From the NCBI GenBank assembly GCA_020720625.1, contig DYOH01000008.1, forward strand, positions 11,517 through 75,516: 64,000 bases of DNA, read 5' to 3'. The notes under the pieces are model-generated. The model was not told the DNA's origin and did not search any database. It saw only the letters and a program-made list of their open reading frames with translations. The stretch comes from Acetofilamentum sp. GTDB lineage: Bacteria > Bacteroidota > Bacteroidia > Bacteroidales > DYOH01. Positions 29,054 to 38,290 of the stretch are shown here, in pieces; position 1 is the first letter of the stretch, and every line of letters starts with the position of its first letter. The translations under genes and the position numbers were made by a program.

Positions 29054-29225
29054 AGCCGCGTTAGCGGCGATATCTTTGTAGTATTACGATTTTTTTGCAT
29101 ATTAAAGCCACGTAGTGGCGAAATTACTATAATGTTTTAGATTTCTTCCGAAGGTTTCGCAAAACCTTCGGAATTTGAGTTAGCGCCAGATAATATCTTC
29201 TACAAATATTTCACCACTAAGTGGT
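29054..29225. repeat. Cluster of REP-like units
   Basis: Four units are present. AGCCGC-GTTA-GCGGC-GATATCTTTGTAG is at 29054-29081. AGCCAC-GTA-GTGGC-GAAATTACTATA is at 29106-29131. A perfect 12-bp palindromic hairpin, TTCCGAAGGTTT-CGCA-AAACCTTCGGAA, is at 29146-29173. An inverted unit, CTACAAATATTTC-ACCAC-TAA-GTGGT, is at 29200-29225. Confidence 0.6.
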
Positions 29226-29344
29226 TTATTATCAAATATATAGTACTTATTGGCTATTATATATTTGCTTTAAATTAATTCATTTGCTTGCATACTTTTT
29301 GCTCTATTAGCTAAATGCCTAATTCAATAATCTTAATAGATTTA

Positions 29345-31426
29345 TTAGTACCCAATAACTCTGGCTTCTACTCTTCTGTTTTGTTGTTTTCCTTCTTCCG
29401 TTTTATTATCTGCAATTGCTTTTGACGAAGAGTAGCCCATCGCTTCGAGCCTATCGGGATTAACTCCTTTTAAAAGTAAATAATCAACTACGGCTTGTGC
29501 TCTATCTTTCGATAATTTTTGATTACTGGCAAAGCTTCCAATATTATCTGTATGTCCCCCGATTTCAATTTTTACTGTTGGGTTTTCGTTCATAAAAGTT
29601 ATTAACCTGTCTAGTTCATCAAACGATTCTGTTCTAAGTGTTGCTTTTCCTGTATCAAAAAATACATTTTTAAGCACTACTTTTGCGCCAATGGCCACCT
29701 TTTGAAGTTCAATATCAATTTTTATTTTTTGATATCCGGAAGTATCCGGGATATTGAAATTTTCGGAGTGAAATAAATATCCAAGTGCTTTGATGTTCAT
29801 ACTGTAGTTTGTTCCGGGAAGAAGTGTAACAAGGTATTTTCCCGATGCCGAGTTAGAATTTATCTGACTAACGATAGAATTGTTTGCTAAATCTGTAATT
29901 TGTATTGCGGCTTCTACTGCTTCGCCTGAAGAACTGGTAATTAAACCTTCCACAATCGTTAATCTGATTGTTTTAATTTCAAGGGTTTTTTCTATCATGG
30001 TTTCTTGCGAGGGATTTAACTGAGATGCCAGCAAATTATCTTCATGACTTTGGATAAGTGGTTTTGGAATAAAGAAGAAAACTTCGTAAATATCTAATCC
30101 ACCATAATTTAAACTGTCGTTTACGCTGGAATAATAAGCAAATCGTCCGTTTAAAGCCGGTTTGTAAAAAAGATCGTCGTAGGGAGTATTTATCGGAATT
30201 CCAATATTTACTGGAGCTGTCCAGATGCCTTCGGCGCGCAATTCCGATTTGAATACATCGTATCCGCCAATAGAATTGTGGCCTTTAGAACTAAAATATA
30301 AGGTTTTGTTATCCGGTGCCAGATATATTCCTTCCTCGTCGTAAGGAGTATTTATTACCGGTCCGACATTCTCTGGCTTCGACCAGGTTTTTCCATTAAA
30401 GAGGCTCATATAGATGTCTTTTCCTCCAATGCCTTTTTGTGGATCATCAGAAATAATAAACATCAGCTTATTATCAAAAGAATAAGTTAAAGAAGTTTCG
30501 TGATATTCGGAATTGTATTTTGAAGATAATTCTGTTGGAGTTTTCCATTTATCGCCTTTAAGCGAAGTTTTATAAAAACTGCCAAAATCTTTGTTTCCGC
30601 GATACATAAATAGCTCCTGGCCGTCGAGCGAAAGGGCTACTGCCGCATCGTTGTATGGGCTATTCAGGGGCTCATTAATCCTGAAGGCTTCGGTCCATTT
30701 TTTATCGTTTCCCATAAAACTCACATATATGTCTTCCATATATTTATTATCCAATTCATTAAGCGGCGATTTCTCGTTAAATGGTCTTCTGGATGTAAAA
30801 TACATTTCGCTTTCGTCTACGGAAAAAATAGGGTTGTAATCATCGAATTTTGTGTTTATTAATGGCCCCATATTGCTTATTATCACATTTGTATCGTTTT
30901 TAAGGAGCAATTTTCCATTGGCACATTGTCTTTTTAGATATTCAAGGTTTTCCCTTTCTTTTTTCTGTTTCGAAGGTTTAAGGGTCATGTAGTATTCGTC
31001 GTATAGGTAGTTGGCCGAATCGAAATTCCATTTAAAATGATAGGCTCTTGCCAGAAAATACAAAATATCGGTACTTACGTTTGGGTCCAGGGCACGAGCC
31101 ATTTGTAGATATTCGAGTGCATCTTTTTTTGGACCTGCAAAAAGCAAACTTATTCCAGTTTTGTAATTTAATGCTGCATTATCTGGCAGAAAATCATAAG
31201 CCTTAAGATAGAGTTCGGCAGCTTCCTGAAAACTACCGGGTTTCATCTGGTTATATAAGGCATCTGCTTTTCTTAAATATCCCATAAACTCTTTCATGTC
31301 TTCTTTGGCCACTTGGTCATCTATTTCAGAACCACTAATTTTGGGATTTTCCTGAGCATATCCTGTTAAATAGTTTAATAATAAAAAAACTATCAGCATA
31401 TTTCTTAAGCTACCTATGGTATTCAT
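29345..31426 (-). CDS. OmpA-family protein with TPR, TolB-like beta-propeller repeats and a CarboxypepD_reg-like domain (paralog 2)
   Basis: 693 aa with a signal peptide. It has recurrent YFTSRR/YFSSKG...GG.DIY propeller motifs. The C-terminal OmpA_C domain reads FFDTGKATL...IGGHTDNIGS...NRRVE. Confidence 0.82.
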   Translation of the reverse strand: MNTIGSLRNMLIVFLLLNYLTGYAQENPKISGSEIDDQVAKEDMKEFMGYLRKADALYNQMKPGSFQEAAELYLKAYDFLPDNAALNYKTGISLLFAGPKKDALEYLQMARALDPNVSTDILYFLARAYHFKWNFDSANYLYDEYYMTLKPSKQKKERENLEYLKRQCANGKLLLKNDTNVIISNMGPLINTKFDDYNPIFSVDESEMYFTSRRPFNEKSPLNELDNKYMEDIYVSFMGNDKKWTEAFRINEPLNSPYNDAAVALSLDGQELFMYRGNKDFGSFYKTSLKGDKWKTPTELSSKYNSEYHETSLTYSFDNKLMFIISDDPQKGIGGKDIYMSLFNGKTWSKPENVGPVINTPYDEEGIYLAPDNKTLYFSSKGHNSIGGYDVFKSELRAEGIWTAPVNIGIPINTPYDDLFYKPALNGRFAYYSSVNDSLNYGGLDIYEVFFFIPKPLIQSHEDNLLASQLNPSQETMIEKTLEIKTIRLTIVEGLITSSSGEAVEAAIQITDLANNSIVSQINSNSASGKYLVTLLPGTNYSMNIKALGYLFHSENFNIPDTSGYQKIKIDIELQKVAIGAKVVLKNVFFDTGKATLRTESFDELDRLITFMNENPTVKIEIGGHTDNIGSFASNQKLSKDRAQAVVDYLLLKGVNPDRLEAMGYSSSKAIADNKTEEGKQQNRRVEARVIGY

Positions 31427-31440
31427 ATTTTTTTAACTTA

Positions 31441-33516
31441 TTAGTTTTCAATAATTTCAAATTCAACTCTCCTGTTTAGCTGTCTTCCTTCGGGTGTTGC
31501 ATTAGTTGCAATGGGTTTAGACGACCCGTAACCTTTATATACTAGATTTGATGCACTTATGCCTTTACTTATCAGATAATCAACCACAGATTTGGCCCTT
31601 TCTCGCGATAGTTTTAAATTAAAGTCTTCTAAGCCGGTTTTGTCGCTATGTCCGGCAATCTCAATTTTGATATTGGGATAAGTTTTCAGAAGATTTACAA
31701 TTCTGTCGAGCTCTGCATTAGATTCATCTTTAAGTTTTGCACTGCCGGTTTCGAAGAAAATATTTTTTAGCACAATTTTCGATCCTATTTCCATGCTGAG
31801 TAATTCGATGTTTTTTTCTATAACTTCATATTCTGTAGTAGCAGGAATATCAAAGTTTTCGGAATGAAAAAGGTAATTATCTGCTCGGACAACTAAACCA
31901 TAGTTTTTGCCCGGTTGGAGTGCTACCAAGTATTTTCCTGTGTGACTGTTAGATTGAGACTGAAATACGAGCTCATTTTTTGAATTGTCAATAATTTCGA
32001 TGGTCGCTTCAATTGCGTTAGATGTAAGTGCTTCGTTTATAATTCCTTTAACAATAGTAAGTCTTATTTTTTTGATTTCAACAGATTTTTCTGCAGAAAT
32101 GGCCGAAACAGGCTTTGCAATACTGGCAATAAGATTATCTTCTGTATTGATGATAATATTTTCGGGCGATAAAAATGTTATTTTGTAGATGTCTTGGTCG
32201 CCAAAACCATTAGGTCGCGACGATGAAAAATATCCATGCCTTCCGCTGGCGGATAGAACAAAAAAGATATCGTCGTCGGGTGTATTTATGGGATATCCGA
32301 GATTTTCTGGTTTGGAAAATTTTCCATTTTCGTCCATCGTACTTTTAAAAATATCGTATCCTCCCATGCTGTTATGCCCTTTTGAACTAAAAAATAGTGT
32401 TTTGCCATCGGGATGAATAAAAACGGCATCTTCGTCGAAAGGAGTATTTACTTCTCCTGGCAGCTTGGTTCCTTCTGTCCATTCTCCTAATACTTTATGA
32501 CTTATATAGATATCCTTTTGTCCGGGTTTGTTAAGTACAAAATCGGGTTCGCTTTGTCTGATAAAATATACCGTTTTTTCGTCGGCGGCAAGACAGGCGC
32601 TATTTTCATAATTATCACTGTTAATGGTACTTGGCAAGGGAAGTGGTTTTGTCCAATCCGCACCATCTAAAACGCTTTCCATTATTTGGCCGCCTTTGTT
32701 TGATCTAAAAATGAACAAGCTTTGGCCATTTGGTGCAATGCTAACTGTGGCATCGTGGAATTTGGTATTTATTGGTTGGCTTAATGGGTCGGATTCCAGC
32801 CATTCGTTTTGTGCTTTAATAGAAATAAATATATCCTCGTAATATTCATAATCCATGGGGTCGGTTTTGCCACCCATTGTTTCCGGTCTGCGGGATGTAT
32901 AGTATAAAACTTCTTCGTCGGCCGATATTACAGGGGAGTATTCAGCAAATTCCGAATTAATATTGCTTCCCATATTGTCTATTAACACCCTTGTTGGAAT
33001 ATTTGAAAGCTCTAAACCATTTTTACATTCGGTAAGACGCTTTTCGATTGTGCTTGATTGTGCTTTTAAATCCAAAGGAGATAATTGTTGTTTATGTTTT
33101 TTGAATTGTTCAACAGCATCGTCGAATTTAAAGTTTAGTTGTTTGGCAATTCCTAACCAATAGTGGATATCAGCAGAAACAAATTCATTTAAATGATATG
33201 CTTTGCTCAGAAATTTCTCTGCATTATATTTTTCAATGGTATTCAGATAGCAAATGCCTATGAGATAGTTCAGTTTTGCAGATTCGGCATTATATTGGTT
33301 TGCTTTTAGATAATGCACTAAGGCTTTTTTATAAGTTCCTTTGGTATCTTGAATAAAAGCTTCGTTGCCGTTTTCTATCTCATTCCAGGCTTCTTTAAAT
33401 CCAATTTCTCCTGCTTTAAACTCATTTTTCGAGATGGACAGAAATTGCTGGGCATTTAGTTTTCCGGCAGCAAGTATTAATATTATGGATAATGTGTATA
33501 GTAATTTCCTCATCAT
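31441..33516 (-). CDS. OmpA-family protein with TPR, TolB-like beta-propeller repeats and a CarboxypepD_reg-like domain (paralog 1)
   Basis: Same architecture as 29345-31426, with OmpA_C reading FFETGSAKL...IAGHSDKTG...NRRVE. The track ORF starts at 33609, but the signal peptide begins at MMRKLLYTLSIILILAAGKLNAQ (ATG at 33516). That start abuts the upstream TPR gene stop. Confidence 0.82.
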   Translation of the reverse strand: MMRKLLYTLSIILILAAGKLNAQQFLSISKNEFKAGEIGFKEAWNEIENGNEAFIQDTKGTYKKALVHYLKANQYNAESAKLNYLIGICYLNTIEKYNAEKFLSKAYHLNEFVSADIHYWLGIAKQLNFKFDDAVEQFKKHKQQLSPLDLKAQSSTIEKRLTECKNGLELSNIPTRVLIDNMGSNINSEFAEYSPVISADEEVLYYTSRRPETMGGKTDPMDYEYYEDIFISIKAQNEWLESDPLSQPINTKFHDATVSIAPNGQSLFIFRSNKGGQIMESVLDGADWTKPLPLPSTINSDNYENSACLAADEKTVYFIRQSEPDFVLNKPGQKDIYISHKVLGEWTEGTKLPGEVNTPFDEDAVFIHPDGKTLFFSSKGHNSMGGYDIFKSTMDENGKFSKPENLGYPINTPDDDIFFVLSASGRHGYFSSSRPNGFGDQDIYKITFLSPENIIINTEDNLIASIAKPVSAISAEKSVEIKKIRLTIVKGIINEALTSNAIEATIEIIDNSKNELVFQSQSNSHTGKYLVALQPGKNYGLVVRADNYLFHSENFDIPATTEYEVIEKNIELLSMEIGSKIVLKNIFFETGSAKLKDESNAELDRIVNLLKTYPNIKIEIAGHSDKTGLEDFNLKLSRERAKSVVDYLISKGISASNLVYKGYGSSKPIATNATPEGRQLNRRVEFEIIEN

Positions 33517-33520
33517 ATTT

Positions 33521-34585
33521 TTATTTACATTGCTCAACCAGAGATTTTGCAGATTCGTAGCCAAGTTCGGCAGCTTTTTGCCAATCGGCGCAGGCAGATT
33601 CAAATTCACGCTTCATTTCTTTGGCACTACCCCTGTTGAAAAACGCATAATTGTAATCCGGATTTATTTCTATGGCCTTAGAATAAGCCGCAATAGCACC
33701 ATCGTAATCCTTAAGTTTCATTTTTGCTGTTCCAAGATTGTTGTATGCAAAGGCATAATCTGGTTTCAAGTGGATAGCTTTTTCGAAATCTGAAATGGCT
33801 TCCTGGTATTTTTTTAATTCGTATTTGGCCGAACCTTTGTTATTGTATGCAATGTAGTAATCGTTTTTTAGTTCAATAGCTTTATCGTAATCAGCGATTG
33901 CAGAGATAAAATCTCCTTTTTTGCGATAGGCACTACCTCTGTTGTTGTAATACATAGCGGTCTGATTATCGAGTGCAATGGCGGCAGAATAATCTTCTAT
34001 GGCGCTTTCGTAGTTTTCCAATTTTCGTTTTGCGCTTCCCCTGTCATTATAGGCATATACATATTTTGCATCTTTTTCTATGGCATTGTCAAATTGTTTT
34101 ATGGCTTTCGCAAATTCATTTATTTGAAAATATGATACTCCCGTGTAGTAGAAAACTTTTGCTTCGTCAAAACCATATAGCACTGCATTATTGAATTGTT
34201 CTATGGCTTCCTTATATTCTTGTCGGTTATAGTATACAAAGGCTAGTCCAAAATAGGCTTTGGCATATTTTGCATTGATTTCTATAGTTTTTTTAAAATC
34301 AGAAATCGCACCATCTAAATCGTTTGTTTCTACTTTTGCACTGCCACGATTGAAATAAGCTTTGTCGAACGCCGGGTTAAATTTTAAGGCCATATCGAAT
34401 TCGATTATGGCTTCTGCAAATTGCTTTTGGTTAAATTTGTTTATGCCATTGTTGTAGGCTACTTCGGCTTCCTGGTTTTCTGCAACAATCAGGGTTTTAA
34501 CGCTGTCGGTTTCTTCCTGGGCCCTTAGATGTGATACATCAAAAAGCACCATGGCAATTGTTAAAATGACGAATAATTGTTTCAT
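33521..34585 (-). CDS. Secreted tetratricopeptide-repeat protein
   Basis: 354 aa with a signal peptide, then about nine 34-residue repeats of the form A..Y.N.G.A......Y..AI.D...AI.. Confidence 0.8.
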   Translation of the reverse strand: MKQLFVILTIAMVLFDVSHLRAQEETDSVKTLIVAENQEAEVAYNNGINKFNQKQFAEAIIEFDMALKFNPAFDKAYFNRGSAKVETNDLDGAISDFKKTIEINAKYAKAYFGLAFVYYNRQEYKEAIEQFNNAVLYGFDEAKVFYYTGVSYFQINEFAKAIKQFDNAIEKDAKYVYAYNDRGSAKRKLENYESAIEDYSAAIALDNQTAMYYNNRGSAYRKKGDFISAIADYDKAIELKNDYYIAYNNKGSAKYELKKYQEAISDFEKAIHLKPDYAFAYNNLGTAKMKLKDYDGAIAAYSKAIEINPDYNYAFFNRGSAKEMKREFESACADWQKAAELGYESAKSLVEQCK

Positions 34586-34635
34586 AAATAATTAAAAATT
34601 AAAGTATTGGTTATTTTAATGAATGTTTTTCCGTT

Positions 34636-35967
34636 TTAGAAATCATTTTCGTGTATTTGTTTCTCCCATAAAATTTTACCATTTACATCGTAAATACTTA
34701 TACGAATGTTTCGGTCTTTGGTCTTTCCTGAAAATGTTAAAATCGCAAAATTTCTCTGCGTAATTAGTGTTCCATCTACACGATTCTCATTTTTTTCTTC
34801 TTTAGCAGAAAAAGAAGGGCCTGAAGTTAGGGGAGATACGGTTAAATCGTACATTGATAGATTATTTTCAGTTTTAAGCAGGGAGAGTTCAGAAAAATGA
34901 CGGTCGCCGCTTAAAAAGAAAATTCCTTTGATATTGTGTTGTTTAATAAATTCTATTATTTCGTTTCGTTCTTTTTCGAAACCATAGTTTGCATAAGTTT
35001 CAAATCTGGCTGCGGAATTTAAGAATTGCCCGCCCATAACAATTACTTTAAATTTTGCTTCGCTCGATGCCAAAGCTTGTTTTAACCATTCTAACTGCTG
35101 ATTGCCCAATATCGTTTTCTCCTGTTTTTGGTATAAATCGGCATCACGATGAGTTCGATTGTCCAAGAGGAAAAAATCGGCATCTCCATAATTAAAATAA
35201 CTTATTGCGCCTTTGGTATTTTTTAACCCGCAGGAAGGATTTGCCCAAAATAATTCAAAAATTTGGAGTGCATTATCGATATTCCAAAAACTGCCATCGC
35301 AATCATTAGGGCCTGCATCGTGATCGTCCCAAATAGCATAGTTCGACGTTGTAGCTAATAGTTCCTGCATTTCGGGTGTTTTTCTGGTATGTGTATATCT
35401 ATATGCTATGGCTGTTTTGGAGTTCCATTCTTCGGCCCGGAGATAGGTATTATCGCCCAACCAAAGCATTACATCAGGTTTTTTTGAAGCTATGGATTCA
35501 AAAATTTCGTATTCACCTCCATAAGGTTTGCCGCTTCTGTCGTAGGGCTCATCGTTAATATAGGCGCCACTTCCGGTTGCAATACTGAAATTTGGCGGAT
35601 CGCTTTGGTAGCGCCATACTGGAGGGGTTTTAAACTGCAATTTATAAGGAAATTCAAGTTTTGTATTGTTGATATAAACTGCGTATTGGTATGTTAGACC
35701 TGGTAAGATAGTATCTAATAATATTTTGCTGATAAAATAATTTTCCTGTTTGGTTTTTTGAATGCCCGATTTCCATTTTTTTGTACTTGCAGTTTCGGTA
35801 AAATATTCTACATAGACTTCTGCCTCTGATCTGGTTTGAATCCATATCTGTGCTTCGCGGGTGGTGGTATATCCAACCATTGGACCTGTGCTCAATAATG
35901 TTTGTTGGGCTAATATGAACTTACTGTAAATGATTATAAATAAGATTAATAGTTGTTTTTTTTTCAT
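34636..35967 (-). CDS. phoD: PhoD-like alkaline phosphatase/phosphodiesterase
   Basis: 443 aa with a signal peptide. Metallophosphatase motifs are LGDNTY, WDDHD and SGDRH. Confidence 0.82.
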   Translation of the reverse strand: MKKKQLLILFIIIYSKFILAQQTLLSTGPMVGYTTTREAQIWIQTRSEAEVYVEYFTETASTKKWKSGIQKTKQENYFISKILLDTILPGLTYQYAVYINNTKLEFPYKLQFKTPPVWRYQSDPPNFSIATGSGAYINDEPYDRSGKPYGGEYEIFESIASKKPDVMLWLGDNTYLRAEEWNSKTAIAYRYTHTRKTPEMQELLATTSNYAIWDDHDAGPNDCDGSFWNIDNALQIFELFWANPSCGLKNTKGAISYFNYGDADFFLLDNRTHRDADLYQKQEKTILGNQQLEWLKQALASSEAKFKVIVMGGQFLNSAARFETYANYGFEKERNEIIEFIKQHNIKGIFFLSGDRHFSELSLLKTENNLSMYDLTVSPLTSGPSFSAKEEKNENRVDGTLITQRNFAILTFSGKTKDRNIRISIYDVNGKILWEKQIHENDF

Positions 35968-36300
35968 TAGTCTATTTTTTATTTAATTTTTCAATATCCA
36001 TCGGAAATTGGTTTTAGAGTGAAAAATATTAACCGATTTCCATGTAAGCTATCATGATGGCCAAAAAAAACTATACCATGCAAAGTAACAAATTTTTTTG
36101 TAAAGTAACTTTAATTTTTTTTTGAATCACACATTTTAGCATCAGATTTTATTAATTTTTTGTTACATAGACAATTATCAACCTAAGGAGTTTTTGCGAA
36201 AATATCCGTAATGTGATTTGGGGATTATCGAAGGCATTTCTAAAAATGTTTTAGCGCAACATGCTTTAGCCATTATTGGAATTTAATAAATATTGAAAAT

Positions 36301-36336
36301 AAAAAAAAGCGCTTATAGCCTGGGCTAAAGCGCTTA
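36301..36336 (-). terminator. Intrinsic terminator of the peptidase operon
   Basis: The minus strand reads AAGCGCTTTAG-CCCAGG-CTATAAGCGCTT followed by T8, about 20 nt after the stop at 36357. Confidence 0.65.
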
Positions 36337-36356
36337 ATGAAAAATGTTTTAGAAAC

Positions 36357-36563
36357 TTATTCTTCGGGAGCCGGAAATTTTTTCATGGTTTTTCCGCTAG
36401 GTTGCTTGGTTTCTTCTTTAGTGGTTTTTTCGGTATTTTCTACCGGTTGAGCCATTTCTTCGAGAATCTGCAGCAATGCATCGCAAGATGTTGTTGTTAG
36501 CGCTGTAAAACTTAGCACAAAGGCTAGTAAAAGTGTTTTAAATTTGAATGCAATTTTTTTCAT
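36357..36563 (-). CDS. Small lipoprotein, unknown function
   Basis: 68 aa with lipobox TTTSC followed by DALLQILEE. The remainder is a low-complexity K/E/T/P tail. It lies 17 nt downstream of the C1 peptidase gene. Confidence 0.6.
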   Translation of the reverse strand: MKKIAFKFKTLLLAFVLSFTALTTTSCDALLQILEEMAQPVENTEKTTKEETKQPSGKTMKKFPAPEE

Positions 36564-36580
36564 AAAACGCGATTATAAAA

Positions 36581-38278
36581 TTAAATGTTTTTAGATTTTC
36601 GTGCACCTGCCTTTTTCTCTTTGGCAAATTCTGTGGCTTTGCTTTTGAAATCGCCTGTTTGGAATCCAAAACCGAATTTTTTAGCAAATTCTGCCGGGGT
36701 ATAAGCGTTTGGATTTCCTTTTTCTACTACATCGTAGTTCGATGTTTCCATATTTTGCGAAGGAACACCTTTTTTTAGGGTCGATTTGGCAAAAACATTA
36801 CTACTGGCAATTACACCATTCTGAATTTCGATTGGTTCGCCGTTGCTTTGGCAGAAAATCAGGTAGTTATTGTCTTCGTTAGATTCAGCAAATTTTTTGG
36901 TACCGTCGGCCCATAGGATAAAGTAATAGTAACCATTAACGGCGGTTGGTACCTCGTAAGTAAAAGTAAAATTATCTTCGCCCACCAATTCGCTGGCAAC
37001 ACTTTTACCTGCAGGCACATCTATATAGTTCCACCAGTTTACACTTGTACCATAAGCATTTGGGTCGGTGCTGTTCATTAAATCATATTGGCCGTATGAG
37101 CCATAATCGTTTGTGTAATAGTCGTATATTAAAATGTAGTTATCTTTTGCATCATAAGCATTGGCTAATCCGTAGAAAATAGACCAGTCGTCGGAAGCCT
37201 TTAGTGCACTTGTTCCGCCGTTAAATACATTATAGGTAATAAATCGGTCTCTAAGGTTTGCATTGTCGTTTGTATCAATGTAGTTTTCGTCGAGCAAGTT
37301 CCAAGCAATTACATCGTATCCCGAAGTAGGATCATCTACTTCATTGTCGCCGTTTTCGTCCGGATTTCCACCTGGAACCTGAGCTACAAATGCGCAGAAA
37401 GCAAAATCGCCACTGCTAAAAAAGTTCTGGTCAACCCAAATGTATCCGTTATCGCCCCAGCTTGTGGCCCATGAGTTTACAACTCTAAACGCTCCGTTTG
37501 GTCCTTTGGAGTTGTCATATCCTGATAATATTAGTGCATGGTACGCGTGCTGACCGGTGTATCCATAGGTTTGATAATCGAGTACAGATGCATCGTCGGC
37601 CGACATAAATTCGTCGCCAAGTTTTGCTCCAAAAACCACTGGTTTTCCATCGGCAAGGTATGATTTGATGGTGTTTTTATCGAATGCAATTTCTCTGTAA
37701 TTGGTAATTTTGTGCTTGGCAGCTTCTGATTCGCCTCCTGTAGATGCCTGTGAGCAAGAACCCAGGCTTGTGTATGGAATAGTACCCATGGTAGCTACAC
37801 CTCTGGATAATAGTATGTCGTAGGCCGATTCAAAGCCTGTTCCATTGCAATCGCTTCCTTTTTGTGCATTCGGGATAGCCCAAAATAAGTCCTTGGGACT
37901 AAAGATTCGCGAATTATTAAGTGTGCTGGTAGTATAGCCTTTTTCTTTGGCTTCCATAAAAGTCATGTGGTTATAGGCCACTGCCCAGGCAACACATGTG
38001 CCGTATTGTCCCTGGTTTCCTATTACCGGGAAATTGGCTAGTAAATCTACGCTTGCGGGTAAATTGCCCGAACTGAATCCGAAATTTACATCGTCTTCAA
38101 TTTCATCCAGATTTTCGTTACCAAACCAACCCAAAGAATGGGCAAGGCTATCTAAATCTACAAGCGTAGTGTCTTCCAATGCGTCTGTAAGCCAATCGCA
38201 GGAAGGTGTGGTTAAAATGCTTGTTCCTAAAAACGCAAATACCACTAAAATGGAAAAGACTTTTTTAAAATTCAACAT
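36581..38278 (-). CDS. Papain-like (C1 family) cysteine peptidase lipoprotein with CARDB-like C-terminal domain
   Basis: 565 aa with lipobox TTPSC. The catalytic Cys context is NQGQYGTCVAWA, His is in HALILSGYD, and NSWATSWGDNGYIWV is present. The C-terminal module ends in ESNEDNN, which is CARDB-like, followed by a basic tail. Confidence 0.82.
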   Translation of the reverse strand: MLNFKKVFSILVVFAFLGTSILTTPSCDWLTDALEDTTLVDLDSLAHSLGWFGNENLDEIEDDVNFGFSSGNLPASVDLLANFPVIGNQGQYGTCVAWAVAYNHMTFMEAKEKGYTTSTLNNSRIFSPKDLFWAIPNAQKGSDCNGTGFESAYDILLSRGVATMGTIPYTSLGSCSQASTGGESEAAKHKITNYREIAFDKNTIKSYLADGKPVVFGAKLGDEFMSADDASVLDYQTYGYTGQHAYHALILSGYDNSKGPNGAFRVVNSWATSWGDNGYIWVDQNFFSSGDFAFCAFVAQVPGGNPDENGDNEVDDPTSGYDVIAWNLLDENYIDTNDNANLRDRFITYNVFNGGTSALKASDDWSIFYGLANAYDAKDNYILIYDYYTNDYGSYGQYDLMNSTDPNAYGTSVNWWNYIDVPAGKSVASELVGEDNFTFTYEVPTAVNGYYYFILWADGTKKFAESNEDNNYLIFCQSNGEPIEIQNGVIASSNVFAKSTLKKGVPSQNMETSNYDVVEKGNPNAYTPAEFAKKFGFGFQTGDFKSKATEFAKEKKAGARKSKNI

Positions 38279-38290
38279 AATTTTTAGGGT

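Noticed and set aside
28809-29344. A possible glycine riboswitch in the 536-nt region upstream of gcvT. The CCGAAGG strings caught my eye.
   Set aside because: The CCGAAGG occurrences form a perfect 12-bp palindrome belonging to the REP-like cluster. The tandem-aptamer consensus elements (GGAGAG ... ACCGAAGGGGCAA) are absent on the gcvT strand.
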